Shown here: in pieces, positions 10,347-21,847 of the stretch
Position numbering within the stretch: position 1 is the first letter of the stretch
Layout: each line of letters begins with the position of its first letter
Assembly: GCA_049318005.1 (NCBI GenBank)
Contig: JBMOHE010000004.1
Coordinates: forward strand, 1,480-65,479
DNA length: 64,000 bases
Direction of reading: 5' to 3'
DNA from: Patescibacteria group bacterium
GTDB taxonomy: Bacteria; Patescibacteriota; Patescibacteriia; Patescibacteriales; UBA12465
Program-made: the position numbers and the translations under genes
The notes under the pieces: model-generated
Told to the model about the DNA's origin: nothing
Seen by the model: the letters and a program-made list of their open reading frames with translations, nothing else
Database searches by the model: none

Positions 10347-11828
10347 TTATTTCCAAATTTTTTGCCATATCGTTCTGCCCTCTAATTCTATTTTAATCTT
10401 ATAAATTTCTAAATTATCTTTTATATTATCATCAGACTTTAATCCGGGAACCGAAATCATGAAACTATATTTACCGTTTTCTCTATAAGCCCCTTTTAAA
10501 TTTAATTCGAAGTTGGCTGTTTTAAAACCATCCGCTTCGCTTGGTTTTTTATAATTTGCAACTACATAATTGGCCAATGTTTTAACTGAAAAATAACGAT
10601 CCGCTTTTTGCAAACTAGGATTAAATAAACTAGCCTCCGAAAAAGAAAAAACGCCATTATTTTCTAAAACAATATCATCTTTAGCTATTTTTATTAATTT
10701 ACTCTTTGAGTCATCCTTAAGCTCAAAATTAAACTGTTTATAGGTTTCGTCTAAAACAAAGTCTTTTCCCCCAAAATTTATTCCTTGCAGACTCGCCGGA
10801 TTTAGAGCTTTAACTTGTAAGTTGCTAGCATCTGTGTAAATATTTAATCCCCCATTATTTGAGACCGGATAAATTTTATTTATAAACGCCAAGCGATCAA
10901 GAGACGATACTATTTTTTTAATAACCATATCATCGGTAATCTTTACTTCAACCTTATAAACTCCAGTTGGCAAATTATTTTTTTCCAATACTAAATTTTT
11001 TTCTTCTATTTTAGAGTCTCCAAGATTCGCCTTATTGTCAGAGGCGCTCTTGCTCATAATTATGCCTTTATCCGATGATACAATTACCTCAATTGGGGAC
11101 GGTTTTAAACTTTGGTTTAAATCAACAAAACTAAAATCAAGACGTAAAGGCTCTTTATCAAGATAAACGTAAAACTGGTGAGTTCCTCTTAGAGGTTTAT
11201 CGATGATTAAGGGGAGGGCCGGCTTATAATTAGGGATTCGATATTTATAATTACTTTCATAATTATAAATAGCTAAACATTCTTCCAACCCCTCGGGACA
11301 AGCTTTGAGTTCACCGCGACCTAAATCATTCTCAAATTCGCTCAAAGTATTATATTTTTTTTCTTTCTGTAAAAATATCGTCCCGTTTTCCTCGATTAAA
11401 CTCCAGCGAAGCATTAAATAGTCAAGGGCTTTATTATCAATCGGCGTTAAATCATAACGCCAAACAATATTATCAGCCAGAACTCCAGCTTCGATAATAG
11501 GAGTATCAATACTTAAATTATCTTTATAAATTATAGTAATTTTTGCCTTATCAAAGGTTCGCGGTGTAAACAAGGAGAAATAAACCGGATCGCCAACCAA
11601 TTTTGGAACGTCTCCAGATTTAAAATCAACTCTTTCTAGCGGTGTGAATCCATTTATAAAACCCTTGCCGGATCCGAAACTAGCTGTATAGTCACGACTG
11701 TAAGTAACTTTTCCAAAAGGAACAACTTTTAGATACAAAAAAACAAATATTATTATAAGTAAAATAAGTCCCAAGACGAAACGAAATTTAAACAAAAATG
11801 GCCATTTTTTCCAAATCGCTTTAATCAT
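10347..11828 (-). CDS. Hypothetical N-terminally membrane-anchored protein
   Basis: 493-aa ORF with one N-terminal TM (FVLGLILLIIIFVFLYL). I recognise no motif. Confidence 0.6.
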   Translation of the reverse strand: MIKAIWKKWPFLFKFRFVLGLILLIIIFVFLYLKVVPFGKVTYSRDYTASFGSGKGFINGFTPLERVDFKSGDVPKLVGDPVYFSLFTPRTFDKAKITIIYKDNLSIDTPIIEAGVLADNIVWRYDLTPIDNKALDYLMLRWSLIEENGTIFLQKEKKYNTLSEFENDLGRGELKACPEGLEECLAIYNYESNYKYRIPNYKPALPLIIDKPLRGTHQFYVYLDKEPLRLDFSFVDLNQSLKPSPIEVIVSSDKGIIMSKSASDNKANLGDSKIEEKNLVLEKNNLPTGVYKVEVKITDDMVIKKIVSSLDRLAFINKIYPVSNNGGLNIYTDASNLQVKALNPASLQGINFGGKDFVLDETYKQFNFELKDDSKSKLIKIAKDDIVLENNGVFSFSEASLFNPSLQKADRYFSVKTLANYVVANYKKPSEADGFKTANFELNLKGAYRENGKYSFMISVPGLKSDDNIKDNLEIYKIKIELEGRTIWQKIWK

Positions 11829-11918
11829 ATATACCTATATTTTACTTCATTTTTATGAATTAAAAAAGGCCTAAATCAACAAGTGATTCAGGCCTAAATG
11901 AGAGTGAAAATTTATGCT

Positions 11919-12683
11919 TTAACTCGCTTTTTTAAAACGAGTTTTGCGTTTATCTTCAATTATAGGCTTAACTGGTTTTGGCAAATGACCATGAATATGG
12001 ATAATTCTTTCTTCCAGCTGTTTGCGTATTTTATTAAATGCAAACTCAATAACCCTATAAGTTACTTTACCTCCACAAGCATCGCGGAATCCATAAGGAT
12101 CCATTACCATCCAAAGTCCGGCATGCCAAGCGCTGACTAACTTGAAATTGAATTTCACTCCAAGCATATCTTCAAGAAAAAAACCATAAATCTTTTCTTC
12201 AAAAGATTTTCGGCTATTCTTGTTATAGATAAACTTAGCCATGAAACTTTCCAGGCTATCGTGAGTCACATCCATTGTGTAGGGGATGATTCTGGTATTC
12301 CGAAACGCAAAGTCCTTTTCGCAAGCCGAAACGGGTAGTAAAAAGTCTGAATCTTTGGCGATAATGGCTTCTATAAAAGTCTCATCGATAGTTTCTTTAG
12401 TCTTTTCGTCAACAATTTCTTCGGCAATTTCCACTACGCTTTCTTCCGGATTAGTTGTGGTAATTGCTTGCGAAACTTCGTTTTCCGTTTTTCTTCTTTT
12501 GTACTGTCGCCGAGTCTTAACTGCAAGCAATAAGGGTTGATCACTTATCAGATTAAAATCTGAATCAAAATTTAGAGTAACCTTATTTACTCCATTACCG
12601 GGATTAAGGACTATTACTAGTTCCTCGATGTTGTCCAATTCGTCTGGACCTAACTCAAAAATCATCTTACGCGTTACTTTCAT
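11919..12683 (-). CDS. Hypothetical protein
   Basis: 254-aa ORF preceded by a consensus promoter. No recognisable motif. Confidence 0.55.
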   Translation of the reverse strand: MKVTRKMIFELGPDELDNIEELVIVLNPGNGVNKVTLNFDSDFNLISDQPLLLAVKTRRQYKRRKTENEVSQAITTTNPEESVVEIAEEIVDEKTKETIDETFIEAIIAKDSDFLLPVSACEKDFAFRNTRIIPYTMDVTHDSLESFMAKFIYNKNSRKSFEEKIYGFFLEDMLGVKFNFKLVSAWHAGLWMVMDPYGFRDACGGKVTYRVIEFAFNKIRKQLEERIIHIHGHLPKPVKPIIEDKRKTRFKKAS

Positions 12684-12741
12684 TAGCGTTGTTTTATGAG
12701 AGGTTAATATTAAGTTTTTTCAATGTACTAATTAATCAATA

Positions 12742-12770
12742 TTTATATCACTATATATAACGCTTGTCAA
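12742..12770 (-). promoter_or_regulatory. Sigma70-like promoter for 11919-12683
   Basis: On the - strand: TTGACA (12770-12765), 17-nt spacer, TATAAA (12747-12742). Confidence 0.55.
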
Positions 12771-12810
12771 GCAAAAATGTCATAACTTCATGACACAATA
12801 TATAATATAC

Positions 12811-12840
12811 AAAAAAGAACTTATAAATAAGCTCTTTTTT
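12811..12840. terminator. Bidirectional intrinsic terminator downstream of rpoC
   Basis: Arms AGAACTTA and TAAGCTCT (one G-U pair on the - strand RNA) flanked by an A-run and a T-run. Confidence 0.6.
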
Positions 12841-12889
12841 GTTTAATTTTAGGTAAATTTATATATTACCAAATGTATTCTTTTTCTGT

Positions 12890-15800
12890 CTATTTTCCGT
12901 AATCAGTTCTCTTCTTTTTGCCTTTGTACCCTGTTCCTGAAGGAATTAAGCAACCGATAATAACGTTTTCTTTCAAGCCTTCAAGATAATCAATCTTGCC
13001 ATTAACCGCCGCATCAATTAAGACACGAGAAGTTTCTTGGAAAGAAGCGGCTGATAAGAAGCTATCCGTAGTTAAAGAGGCTTTAGTAATACCAAGTAAT
13101 AATCTATCAGCTTTAGCTGGATTCTTTAATCCCTTATTAGCTTGAGCCAATACTTCGTCCTCAATAGTTTCCCCTGGCAGCAATGCAGCATCTCCAGCTT
13201 CTTTGACTAAGTAACGAGAGAACATCTGACGAGCAATAATTTCAATATGTTTATCATTTAATGGTTGGCCCTGAGAAGAATAAACGTATTGAATTTCTTT
13301 AATAATATATTTCTGAGTTTCAAGTTGGCCTTTAAGTTTATATAATTCTCTTAGATCAAGACTGCCCTCAGTTAATTGAGTTCCTCGTTCAATAATTTCT
13401 CCATCTTTAACCATCAACATTGTACCTTTAAGAATAGAGAATTCTTTAAACTTCTCAACTTCTTTGGCGATGCTAATATACTTATCACTAAGGGTAACTT
13501 TTCCGGCTGTTTTAGCGCGAACAACTTCTCCGCTAACGCTAAATAACTCAGCATTCTTAGAAACTTCGTCGCCGTCCTTAGCAATAACTTTAACTTCTAA
13601 CTTTTTCTTATCTTTAGCCGTTGCACCGCTAGAAAGCTTAACCTCATTTAATTTCTCGGAGAAATAATATTTATCGTGATCTTTGCCTGTATAGAAAATA
13701 CTAAGAATTTTTGCTTGAGGATTATTAACGGAAATTTCTTTACCATCTTGATCTTTAATAATCTTTTGAGCGAATTCAATCTTAACGCGACCAGCCACAT
13801 CAGAAATTAAAGCTTTTCTCTTTGGCGAGCGTGCTTCAAAGATTTCTTCAACACGAGGTAAACCTTGAGTGATATCATCTTGGCCGGCTACACCACCAGT
13901 ATGGAAAGTTCTCATAGTTAACTGTGTACCAGGCTCACCAATAGACTGAGCCGCAATAATACCAACTGTTGAACCCATCTTAACTGGTTTATTATAAGCT
14001 AAATCCCAACCATAACATTTAGCACAAATTCCTTTATGCATCTTACAGCTTAAAACGGAACGGACACAGGCATCGCTAAAGTCTTTAGTTTTGAGCATCT
14101 TAACATTATCTTCGTTAAGAATTTCTCCAGCTTCTAAAATAACTTTGCCTTTAGTATCTTTAATATCTTTAGCAACATAACGACCAGTCAAACGACGGAA
14201 GAAATCATCACCACCCTTCTCTATTTCCTCGCGATTTAAATCCATACCAACTTCATCGCCACAATCATCTTCAGCGATAATAACATCTTGGGAAACATCA
14301 ACTAAACGACGAGTTAAATAACCAGCGTTAGCAGTTCTTAAAGCAGTATCAGACAAACCTTTACGTACACCATGAGTAGAAATAAAGTATTCAAGAACGC
14401 CAAAACCTTGCTTAAAGTTTCCTTTAACCGGTAATTCGATAATTGCGCCTGATGGAGAGGTAACTAAACCTTTCATACCTAAAATCTGAACTGGCTGAGC
14501 CCATGAACCACGAGCACCAGAATCAATCATAGAGAAAACAGGTAAAATATCCATTAAGCCTTTTTTACAAATATCAGCAATCTTATCTTTAGTATTGGTC
14601 CATTCTTCAATAACCTTAGCGTAACGTTCTGACTCTGTAAGAAGACCCTCTTCAAACTGTTCTTGAATCAAGTCAACTTTCTCGTTAGCTAAGTCAATCA
14701 ATTTATCTTTTTCAGGTAGTGAAGGTAAATCACCGAAGCCCCAAGATAAACCCGATTTAGTAATAAAGGCAAAAGCACGATTCTTTAAACTATCAATAAA
14801 TTTAACTGTTTCGTCTTCGCCGTATATTCTTAAACATTCACGAATCAAATCTTTTAGTTTACCTTTACCAATAACATCATTAATATATTTTAATTTTTCT
14901 GGTAGTAAAGAATTGAAGATTAAACGACCAGCCGTAGTTTTTAACATGGCGCCGTTATATCTAACACTAATCGCTTCATGAAGATCAATAAAGTTACTTT
15001 CGTAAGCTAGGTTAGCCTCATCTTCATTCCAAAAATATTTCATGTCCTCAACTTTCTTTGTCTCGTAATTTTTATCAGTTGAAGTAATATAATATGTACC
15101 CCAAACAATATCCTGAGCTGGAGCAACAATAGGATCGCCAGTCGCTGGTTTAAGTAAGTTATGAGTTGAAAGCATTAATGTTTCCGCTTCATGGCGAGCT
15201 TCTTTAGTCAAAGGAACATGAACGGCCATTTGGTCACCATCAAAGTCAGCGTTAAAAGCAGTACAAACAAGAGGGTGAATCTGAATAGCTTTACCTTCAA
15301 TTAAAATTGGGCGGAAAGCCTGAATACCTAGGCGATGTAAGGTAGGAGCACGATTTAATAATACAAATGCGCCCTTAACAATTTCTTCTAAAATATCCCA
15401 AACTTCATCATGACCAGCTTCAATATAACGAGAAGCACTACGAACATTATGAACAATCTCTCTCTTAATTAATTGGGAAATGATAAACGGTTTGAATAAC
15501 TCAAGAGCCATGATCTTAGGTAAACCACATTGATCAAGATTCAAACGTGGGTTAACTACGATAACTGAACGACCAGAATAATCTACACGTTTACCAAGTA
15601 AATTCTGACGGAAACGACCCTGTTTACCTTTTAAAGTATCAGCTAAGGATTTTAATTGTCTTTTTTGACCAGTCGAAGCAGTCACAGTTTTTGTGTGACG
15701 TGCGCTGTTATCAATTAAAGCATCAACTGCTTCTTGTAACATACGCTTTTCGTTACGACAAATAACTTCAGGTGCATTTAAATCCATTAACTGTTTTAAG

Positions 15801-16816
15801 CGATTGTTACGATTAATTACGCGACGATATAAATCATTTAAGTCCGATGCGGCAAAACGACCACCGTCTAAAGCAACCATAGGACGTAAATCTGGTGGCA
15901 CAACTGGAAGAACAGTCATAATCATCCATTCAGGACGAATATCATTATTGCGGAAGCTCTTTAATAATTTTAACCTCTTAACTAATTTTTCCTTTTTAGA
16001 ATCAACTGCATCAGTTAATTTTTCTTCAAGATTAGTGATACTAGCCTGAAGATCAATTTTTTCAAGTAATTTACGGATAGCTTCGGCACCAATTGATGCT
16101 TCAAAGATATGACCAAATTTTAAACTTAGATTCTGATATTGTTGTTCAGATAAAATCAAAAGCTGTTTTAATTCTTTTAATTCTTTTTGAGTAGTTCCAA
16201 AATCTTCGTCTAATCGTTCCATTCTTTCTGCCTTGGCTTTAATTGCATCTTTAGTTTCCATTTCAGAATTATCACCCTTCTCTTCTTTAATCTTTTTTAT
16301 TTGATTATTGAATTCATTATCAATACTCTTAACTTTAGATTTATATTCAGCCTTGACCTGCTCAATAGTTGCTTCTTTTAGAGATTCATCAATGTCGGTA
16401 ATAATAAAACTGGCATAGTAAATAACTTTTTCAAGTGATTGAATGCCTAAATTTAAAAGCAATCCAATTTTAGAAGATAGGCCACGTAAAAACCAAATAT
16501 GAGTAGCTGGAACTTGAAGAGTAATGTGACCAAGACGTTCACGACGAACAACGCTGCGAGTTACTTCGACTCCGCACTTGTCGCAAACAATTCCCTTGTA
16601 ACGAATTTTTTTATATTTACCACAAGCACATTCCCAATCCTTAGTTGGACCAAAAATCTTTTCGCAGAATAAACCATCCTTTTCTGGTTTTTGGGTGCGA
16701 TAATTAATTGTCTCTGGTCTTGTAATCTCGCCGTGTGACCAGTTTAAAATATCTTCTGGCGAGGCAAGCTTTAGACGGATAGCGTCGAAGTCGCTTGTTT
16801 TTATTGGATTTAACAT
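12890..16816 (-). CDS. rpoC: DNA-directed RNA polymerase subunit beta'
   Basis: 1308 aa with an N-terminal zinc-binding CxC..CxxC, the catalytic NADFDGDQMAVH motif and bridge-helix/trigger-loop regions. Confidence 0.97.
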   Translation of the reverse strand: MLNPIKTSDFDAIRLKLASPEDILNWSHGEITRPETINYRTQKPEKDGLFCEKIFGPTKDWECACGKYKKIRYKGIVCDKCGVEVTRSVVRRERLGHITLQVPATHIWFLRGLSSKIGLLLNLGIQSLEKVIYYASFIITDIDESLKEATIEQVKAEYKSKVKSIDNEFNNQIKKIKEEKGDNSEMETKDAIKAKAERMERLDEDFGTTQKELKELKQLLILSEQQYQNLSLKFGHIFEASIGAEAIRKLLEKIDLQASITNLEEKLTDAVDSKKEKLVKRLKLLKSFRNNDIRPEWMIMTVLPVVPPDLRPMVALDGGRFAASDLNDLYRRVINRNNRLKQLMDLNAPEVICRNEKRMLQEAVDALIDNSARHTKTVTASTGQKRQLKSLADTLKGKQGRFRQNLLGKRVDYSGRSVIVVNPRLNLDQCGLPKIMALELFKPFIISQLIKREIVHNVRSASRYIEAGHDEVWDILEEIVKGAFVLLNRAPTLHRLGIQAFRPILIEGKAIQIHPLVCTAFNADFDGDQMAVHVPLTKEARHEAETLMLSTHNLLKPATGDPIVAPAQDIVWGTYYITSTDKNYETKKVEDMKYFWNEDEANLAYESNFIDLHEAISVRYNGAMLKTTAGRLIFNSLLPEKLKYINDVIGKGKLKDLIRECLRIYGEDETVKFIDSLKNRAFAFITKSGLSWGFGDLPSLPEKDKLIDLANEKVDLIQEQFEEGLLTESERYAKVIEEWTNTKDKIADICKKGLMDILPVFSMIDSGARGSWAQPVQILGMKGLVTSPSGAIIELPVKGNFKQGFGVLEYFISTHGVRKGLSDTALRTANAGYLTRRLVDVSQDVIIAEDDCGDEVGMDLNREEIEKGGDDFFRRLTGRYVAKDIKDTKGKVILEAGEILNEDNVKMLKTKDFSDACVRSVLSCKMHKGICAKCYGWDLAYNKPVKMGSTVGIIAAQSIGEPGTQLTMRTFHTGGVAGQDDITQGLPRVEEIFEARSPKRKALISDVAGRVKIEFAQKIIKDQDGKEISVNNPQAKILSIFYTGKDHDKYYFSEKLNEVKLSSGATAKDKKKLEVKVIAKDGDEVSKNAELFSVSGEVVRAKTAGKVTLSDKYISIAKEVEKFKEFSILKGTMLMVKDGEIIERGTQLTEGSLDLRELYKLKGQLETQKYIIKEIQYVYSSQGQPLNDKHIEIIARQMFSRYLVKEAGDAALLPGETIEDEVLAQANKGLKNPAKADRLLLGITKASLTTDSFLSAASFQETSRVLIDAAVNGKIDYLEGLKENVIIGCLIPSGTGYKGKKKRTDYGK

Positions 16817-16840
16817 ATATTAATAATTGCTAATAAATTA

Positions 16841-19800
16841 TTATTCTTTGTCTCCGCCTTCTTCTAATAAGGTCGCGATAACTTCTGGTTTATCGAAAAT
16901 TAATTTGTCATCATTTTGTAATTCTTCATCAATCTCAGTAATAACCTCAGAAGCTGGCTGACCACCGGAGCCACCCAATAACTCGACGTTTAAGCCTAAG
17001 CCTTTTAACTCACGAATTAAAACATTAAAGGATTCAGGAACATTTAATTTTTCAATTTCCTCACCCTTAATAATAGATTCATAAGCCTTGCTTCGACCTG
17101 GAACATCGTCTGATTTAATAGTTAACATTTCTTGTAAAGTATGAGCTGCACCGTAACCTTCAAGAGCCCAAACTTCCATTTCTCCAAATCTCTGTCCACC
17201 AAATTGAGCTTTACCACCCAAAGGCTGTTGAGTAATCAAAGAGTATGGACCAATAGAACGTTGGTGAATCTTATCTTCAACCATGTGGTTTAGTTTTAAG
17301 ACATATTTATAACCAACAGTAATAGTGTGATCATATGAATTACCAGTTTTACCATCATATAAAGTAACTTTTCCATCTTCTGGTAATCCCGCTTTAATTA
17401 ACTCGCCTCTAATCTGATCTTCAGTAATACCATCAAGGGCCGGAGTCATAATTCTATAGCCCAATTTTTTAGCCGCAAAACCTAAATGAGTTTCTAAGAG
17501 CTGACCAAGGTTCATACGAGAAATAATACCAAGCGGAGATAGAATTACGTCGATTGGAGTACCGTCAGCCATATAAGGCATATCTTCAATTGGAACTACA
17601 CGAGAAATAACACCTTTATTACCATGACGACCAGACATCTTGTCACCAACTTGAATTTTTCTTAAGTTAGCAACCGCAATTTGAATAGACTGTAAAACGC
17701 CGGCTGATAATTTATCACCATCTTCACGTGAGAAAATTTTAATATCAACAATTTTTCCATGTTCACCATGTTCAAGATATAAAGACGAATCACGAACATC
17801 TTTAGCTTTTTCACCAAAGATAGCGCGTAATAATTTTTCTTCAGCTGATAAGGTTGTTTCACCTTTTGGAGTAATTTTACCAACTAAGATATCGCCACTT
17901 GAAACTTCAGCTCCAATTCTGATAATACCGTCTTCATCTAAATTCTTTAATTTTTCTTCGCTGATATTTGGGATATCATTAGTAATTAACTCTGGACCAA
18001 GCTTAGTATCGCGAACGTCGATTGTATAATTTTCAATATGGATAGAAGAATAAATATCTTCCTTTACTAAACGTTCAGAAATAATAACCGCATCTTCATA
18101 GTTGTAGCCTTCCCAAGTCATGAAAGCAACTAAAACATTTCGGCCCAAAGATAATTCACCATTATCAATGGCTGGGCCGTCAGATAAAATATCGCCCTTC
18201 TTAACTTTTTGACCAACATCAACTACTGGATGTTGATTAATACAAGTTGAAGAATTAGAACGTAAAAATTTATTCAATGGATATTTATCAATTGCACCTT
18301 TTTTATTTTCAATTTCAATATTAGCGGCCTCAACTTTAATAACAATACCGTCTTCTTTAGCAATCGCTACGTGACCGGAATCACGAGCGGCTCTTTCTTC
18401 AACGCCGGTACCAACAATAGGCGCTTCAGCCTTAACTAAAGGCACGGCCTGACGTTGCATGTTCGTTCCCATTAAAGAACGCTGTCCATCGTTATGTTCC
18501 ATGAATGGAATTAAGGAAGTTGCAATAGAAATAATTTGGTTAGCGGCAAGGCCAACAAAATCAATCTTAGAAACTTCTTCAACGCCCGGTTGGCCATGCT
18601 TTCTAACTTCAAATTTATGAACTAAGAAATAACCATCCTTATCAAAAGGAACAGTTGCATCAACTGTAATATATTTTTCTTCTTCAAAAGCATCAAGATA
18701 AACAACTTCGTCAGTTACGCGACTGCCTTTTTTATCTTTAACTACTTTACGATATGGAGTTTCTAAAAAGCCGTAACTATTTAAACGAGCATAAGAAGCT
18801 AAGTGACCTACCAAACCAATATTTGGACCTTCAGGAGTAGCAATAGGACAAATACGACCATAATGAGTAGCGTGCACATCACGAACATCAAAGCCAGCAC
18901 GTTCACGAGTTAAACCACCTGGACCCATAGCCGATAAACGACGCTTATGTTCAAGTTCAGCAAGTGGATTAGTCTGATCCATGAACTGAGACAATTGAGA
19001 TGACATGAAAAATTCACGAACAACACCAATTACAGGACGAGCGTTAACTAATTTCGAAGGCGTAAGCGCAACGATATCAGTCGTTGACATACGGTCCTTA
19101 ATAATACGCTCCATACGAGCCAAACCAACACGGAAACGATTTTGGATTAAACCACCAATCGCGCGGATACGACGATTACCAAGATGATCAATATCATCTT
19201 CTGGTTCTTTAACAATATTTAAACGAATAACTTCTTTAATAATCAAAACTAAATCTTCCTTACGTAAAATTCTATTTTCTTTTTTATTGGTTGGTAAATT
19301 TAAATCAAAACGACGATTTAATTTATAGCGACCAACACGACCGAAGTCATAACGATCAAAGCGGAAGAACATTGAGTAAATAAGTTGACGAGCATTTTCG
19401 ACCGATGCTAAATCACCTGGGCGAATGCGTCGATAAACTTCCTGTAAACCTTCAGCCTCAGTCTTGGCAGCATCCTTTTCTAAAGTTGCTTCGATATAAG
19501 ATTTTTCATCTTTACTCTTAACAAGATCAACATCCGCAAATAACTTAATCATTTCCTCATCAGTTGTATAACCAAAAGCACGTAACAAAGAAGTTACGGC
19601 AACTTTTCTTTTTCTATCAATACGAACCCAAAGAACTTTATTTGAGTCAGTTTCAATTTCTAGCCAAGCACCACGATTTGGAATAATTTTTGCACCATAG
19701 CATTTTTTACCCTTAGTAAATTCAGCGGTAAACATAACACCGGCACTGCGGATTAACTGAGAAACAACAACTCTCTCAATACCATTAATAATGAAAGTTC

Positions 19801-20140
19801 CCTTATCAGTCATCAAAGGAAAATCACCAAGGAAAACCTCCTGGTTAATTGCTTTATTAGTTTTTTTATTGAGTAGTCTTGTCTTAACACGTAAAGGAGC
19901 TTCGTAAGTTATATTCTTTTCACGACTTTCAATTTCAGAGAACTTTGGTTCATCCAAATAATAGTCTTCAAGATATAACTCTAAGTCACGACCGATAAAA
20001 TCGGTCACCGGATTTATTTCGTCAAATAATTCAGCTAGTCCCTCTTTTAGGAACCAGTCATAAGAATCTTTCTGAATCTCGATTAAGTCTGGCATGGGTA
20101 GTACTTCCCGTAGCTCAGAAAATGATTTTCGTTTAGACAT
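16841..20140 (-). CDS. rpoB: DNA-directed RNA polymerase subunit beta
   Basis: 1099 aa with conserved [17 protein letters not shown] and [23 protein letters not shown] blocks. Lies immediately upstream of rpoC. Confidence 0.97.
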   Translation of the reverse strand: MSKRKSFSELREVLPMPDLIEIQKDSYDWFLKEGLAELFDEINPVTDFIGRDLELYLEDYYLDEPKFSEIESREKNITYEAPLRVKTRLLNKKTNKAINQEVFLGDFPLMTDKGTFIINGIERVVVSQLIRSAGVMFTAEFTKGKKCYGAKIIPNRGAWLEIETDSNKVLWVRIDRKRKVAVTSLLRAFGYTTDEEMIKLFADVDLVKSKDEKSYIEATLEKDAAKTEAEGLQEVYRRIRPGDLASVENARQLIYSMFFRFDRYDFGRVGRYKLNRRFDLNLPTNKKENRILRKEDLVLIIKEVIRLNIVKEPEDDIDHLGNRRIRAIGGLIQNRFRVGLARMERIIKDRMSTTDIVALTPSKLVNARPVIGVVREFFMSSQLSQFMDQTNPLAELEHKRRLSAMGPGGLTRERAGFDVRDVHATHYGRICPIATPEGPNIGLVGHLASYARLNSYGFLETPYRKVVKDKKGSRVTDEVVYLDAFEEEKYITVDATVPFDKDGYFLVHKFEVRKHGQPGVEEVSKIDFVGLAANQIISIATSLIPFMEHNDGQRSLMGTNMQRQAVPLVKAEAPIVGTGVEERAARDSGHVAIAKEDGIVIKVEAANIEIENKKGAIDKYPLNKFLRSNSSTCINQHPVVDVGQKVKKGDILSDGPAIDNGELSLGRNVLVAFMTWEGYNYEDAVIISERLVKEDIYSSIHIENYTIDVRDTKLGPELITNDIPNISEEKLKNLDEDGIIRIGAEVSSGDILVGKITPKGETTLSAEEKLLRAIFGEKAKDVRDSSLYLEHGEHGKIVDIKIFSREDGDKLSAGVLQSIQIAVANLRKIQVGDKMSGRHGNKGVISRVVPIEDMPYMADGTPIDVILSPLGIISRMNLGQLLETHLGFAAKKLGYRIMTPALDGITEDQIRGELIKAGLPEDGKVTLYDGKTGNSYDHTITVGYKYVLKLNHMVEDKIHQRSIGPYSLITQQPLGGKAQFGGQRFGEMEVWALEGYGAAHTLQEMLTIKSDDVPGRSKAYESIIKGEEIEKLNVPESFNVLIRELKGLGLNVELLGGSGGQPASEVITEIDEELQNDDKLIFDKPEVIATLLEEGGDKE

Positions 20141-20336
20141 AAGACGTATATTTTATAAAATATTTATGTAAAAATAGACAAAAAATAGAGGGTACGAATA
20201 TTTCTTTAACAAAAAAATCCCAATCCCAAATTGGCTTGAGTTTAACGTTTATTTAATTAATTATTTTTTTGATAAATCACTTTTTTTAGTTAAAAAAGTG
20301 TTAATATTCTTATAATATAATACCTTGGCCACTTTG

Positions 20337-21773
20337 TCAACACACAGTTTTTCCACAAAGCTTAAGGTTAATCTCCTCTTTCACGACCAGTCTCTCGTCC
20401 CATGGGATCATCTGACCATCTTTAACACAAATCTGCTGTTCAGCGCCCTTGCCAGTAAATAGAATCAAATCCCCTTCCTCGGCTAAAATTAGCGCTTTTT
20501 TTATAGCTTCACGCCTGTCTAGAATAGTAAAAAGATTAGTGTTTATTACTTTCCCCGCCTCTTCGGCTCCAGCCGCCACGGAATTGATGATTGTCATTGG
20601 ATCCTCATCGTAAGGGTCTTCATTAGAAACTATGACAATATCCGCCTTCTCAGCTGCTATTTTGCCAAGAATCGGTCGTCTGGCACGGTCACGCCCACCA
20701 CCAGCTGAACCAAGTAAATGAATAATCTTATTCTTAGGAATTAAAGCAATTGCCTCATATAGCTTTTCTAAAGCCTTGGGTTCAAACGAATAATCTACAA
20801 TCGCTGTAAAGTTTTGACCAGCCGAAATTAATTCTAATTTTCCAGCCAAGCCTTGGACACTCTCTAAGCCTAATTTTATTTTTTCAATTTTTATTTTCTG
20901 ATTTACCCCGACCGCATAAGCGCTCAAAGCATTAATCGCGTTAAAGCTACCAAGAAGTTTTAATTTAAATAATTCATCTTTGATTTTTAAATTTATTCCC
21001 TGAGGACTTGCTTCTACGTCAGAGCCTTGAATAAAAGTAAAATCTTTAATTACTGCTTCACTAGCTAAACTTTTAAGCAAGGCGGCCTCGTTTAAATCTT
21101 TATTAAAAGTGCAGACTATTTTTGCCTCACTCCAAAAATTTAAAAAGTAATTAGCATTTTCGTCATCTCCATTAACAATAATAGTCTTTAAAACACGGGC
21201 CAAATCTAATTTTTTTAAATTGTTTTTAGGTTTAACGACTAACTTGTCGTCATTAATATATTTTGTAGAGCAATGTTTAAGATGTGAAAATAAATGCCCC
21301 TTTGCTTCTTTATATTTTTCAAAACTCCCATGAGACTCGATGTGCTCGGGGTATAGTCCAGTAAAAATTAAAACATCATAATTAATAAAACTATGGCGAA
21401 ACTGTTTTATTCCCTCGGAGGTTGTCTCAACTATTGCATAACGACAATTGTTTTTTACCATTTGCGCGAGATTTTTTTGAATAAAAAATCTACCCGGCAT
21501 AGTCATTTTTTTATCGTTCAACCATTCTGAGTTACCATTTGAGATTACCGAAGTCGAAGTAAAGCCGGTCTTATAACCAGCCTCGGACAGCATCTTCGCA
21601 ATCATGTAAACCGTTGATGTTTTGCCAGCCGTTCCAGTTATGCCAATTACAATTATCTTTCGACTCGGAAATTTGTAGACTAAAGCCGCCGCTAAAGCAA
21701 TTATAAAATGATATATAGGCTGAAAGGCCTTAAAAAATTTTCGGGGAATTAATTTTTTTATTTTTTCTAACAT
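20337..21773 (-). CDS. murE: Mur ligase family protein, MurE-like
   Basis: P-loop GITGTAGKTST with Mur ligase middle and C-terminal domains. Start set at the internal ATG (MLEKIKK). Substrate specificity cannot be decided by eye. Confidence 0.7.
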   Translation of the reverse strand: MLEKIKKLIPRKFFKAFQPIYHFIIALAAALVYKFPSRKIIVIGITGTAGKTSTVYMIAKMLSEAGYKTGFTSTSVISNGNSEWLNDKKMTMPGRFFIQKNLAQMVKNNCRYAIVETTSEGIKQFRHSFINYDVLIFTGLYPEHIESHGSFEKYKEAKGHLFSHLKHCSTKYINDDKLVVKPKNNLKKLDLARVLKTIIVNGDDENANYFLNFWSEAKIVCTFNKDLNEAALLKSLASEAVIKDFTFIQGSDVEASPQGINLKIKDELFKLKLLGSFNAINALSAYAVGVNQKIKIEKIKLGLESVQGLAGKLELISAGQNFTAIVDYSFEPKALEKLYEAIALIPKNKIIHLLGSAGGGRDRARRPILGKIAAEKADIVIVSNEDPYDEDPMTIINSVAAGAEEAGKVINTNLFTILDRREAIKKALILAEEGDLILFTGKGAEQQICVKDGQMIPWDERLVVKEEINLKLCGKTVC

Positions 21774-21847
21774 ATAGCATATTATAACAGAGTTTATCAG
21801 AAATAAAAAAGCCCTTCTATAAATTAGAAGGGCGCAATACAAATCCT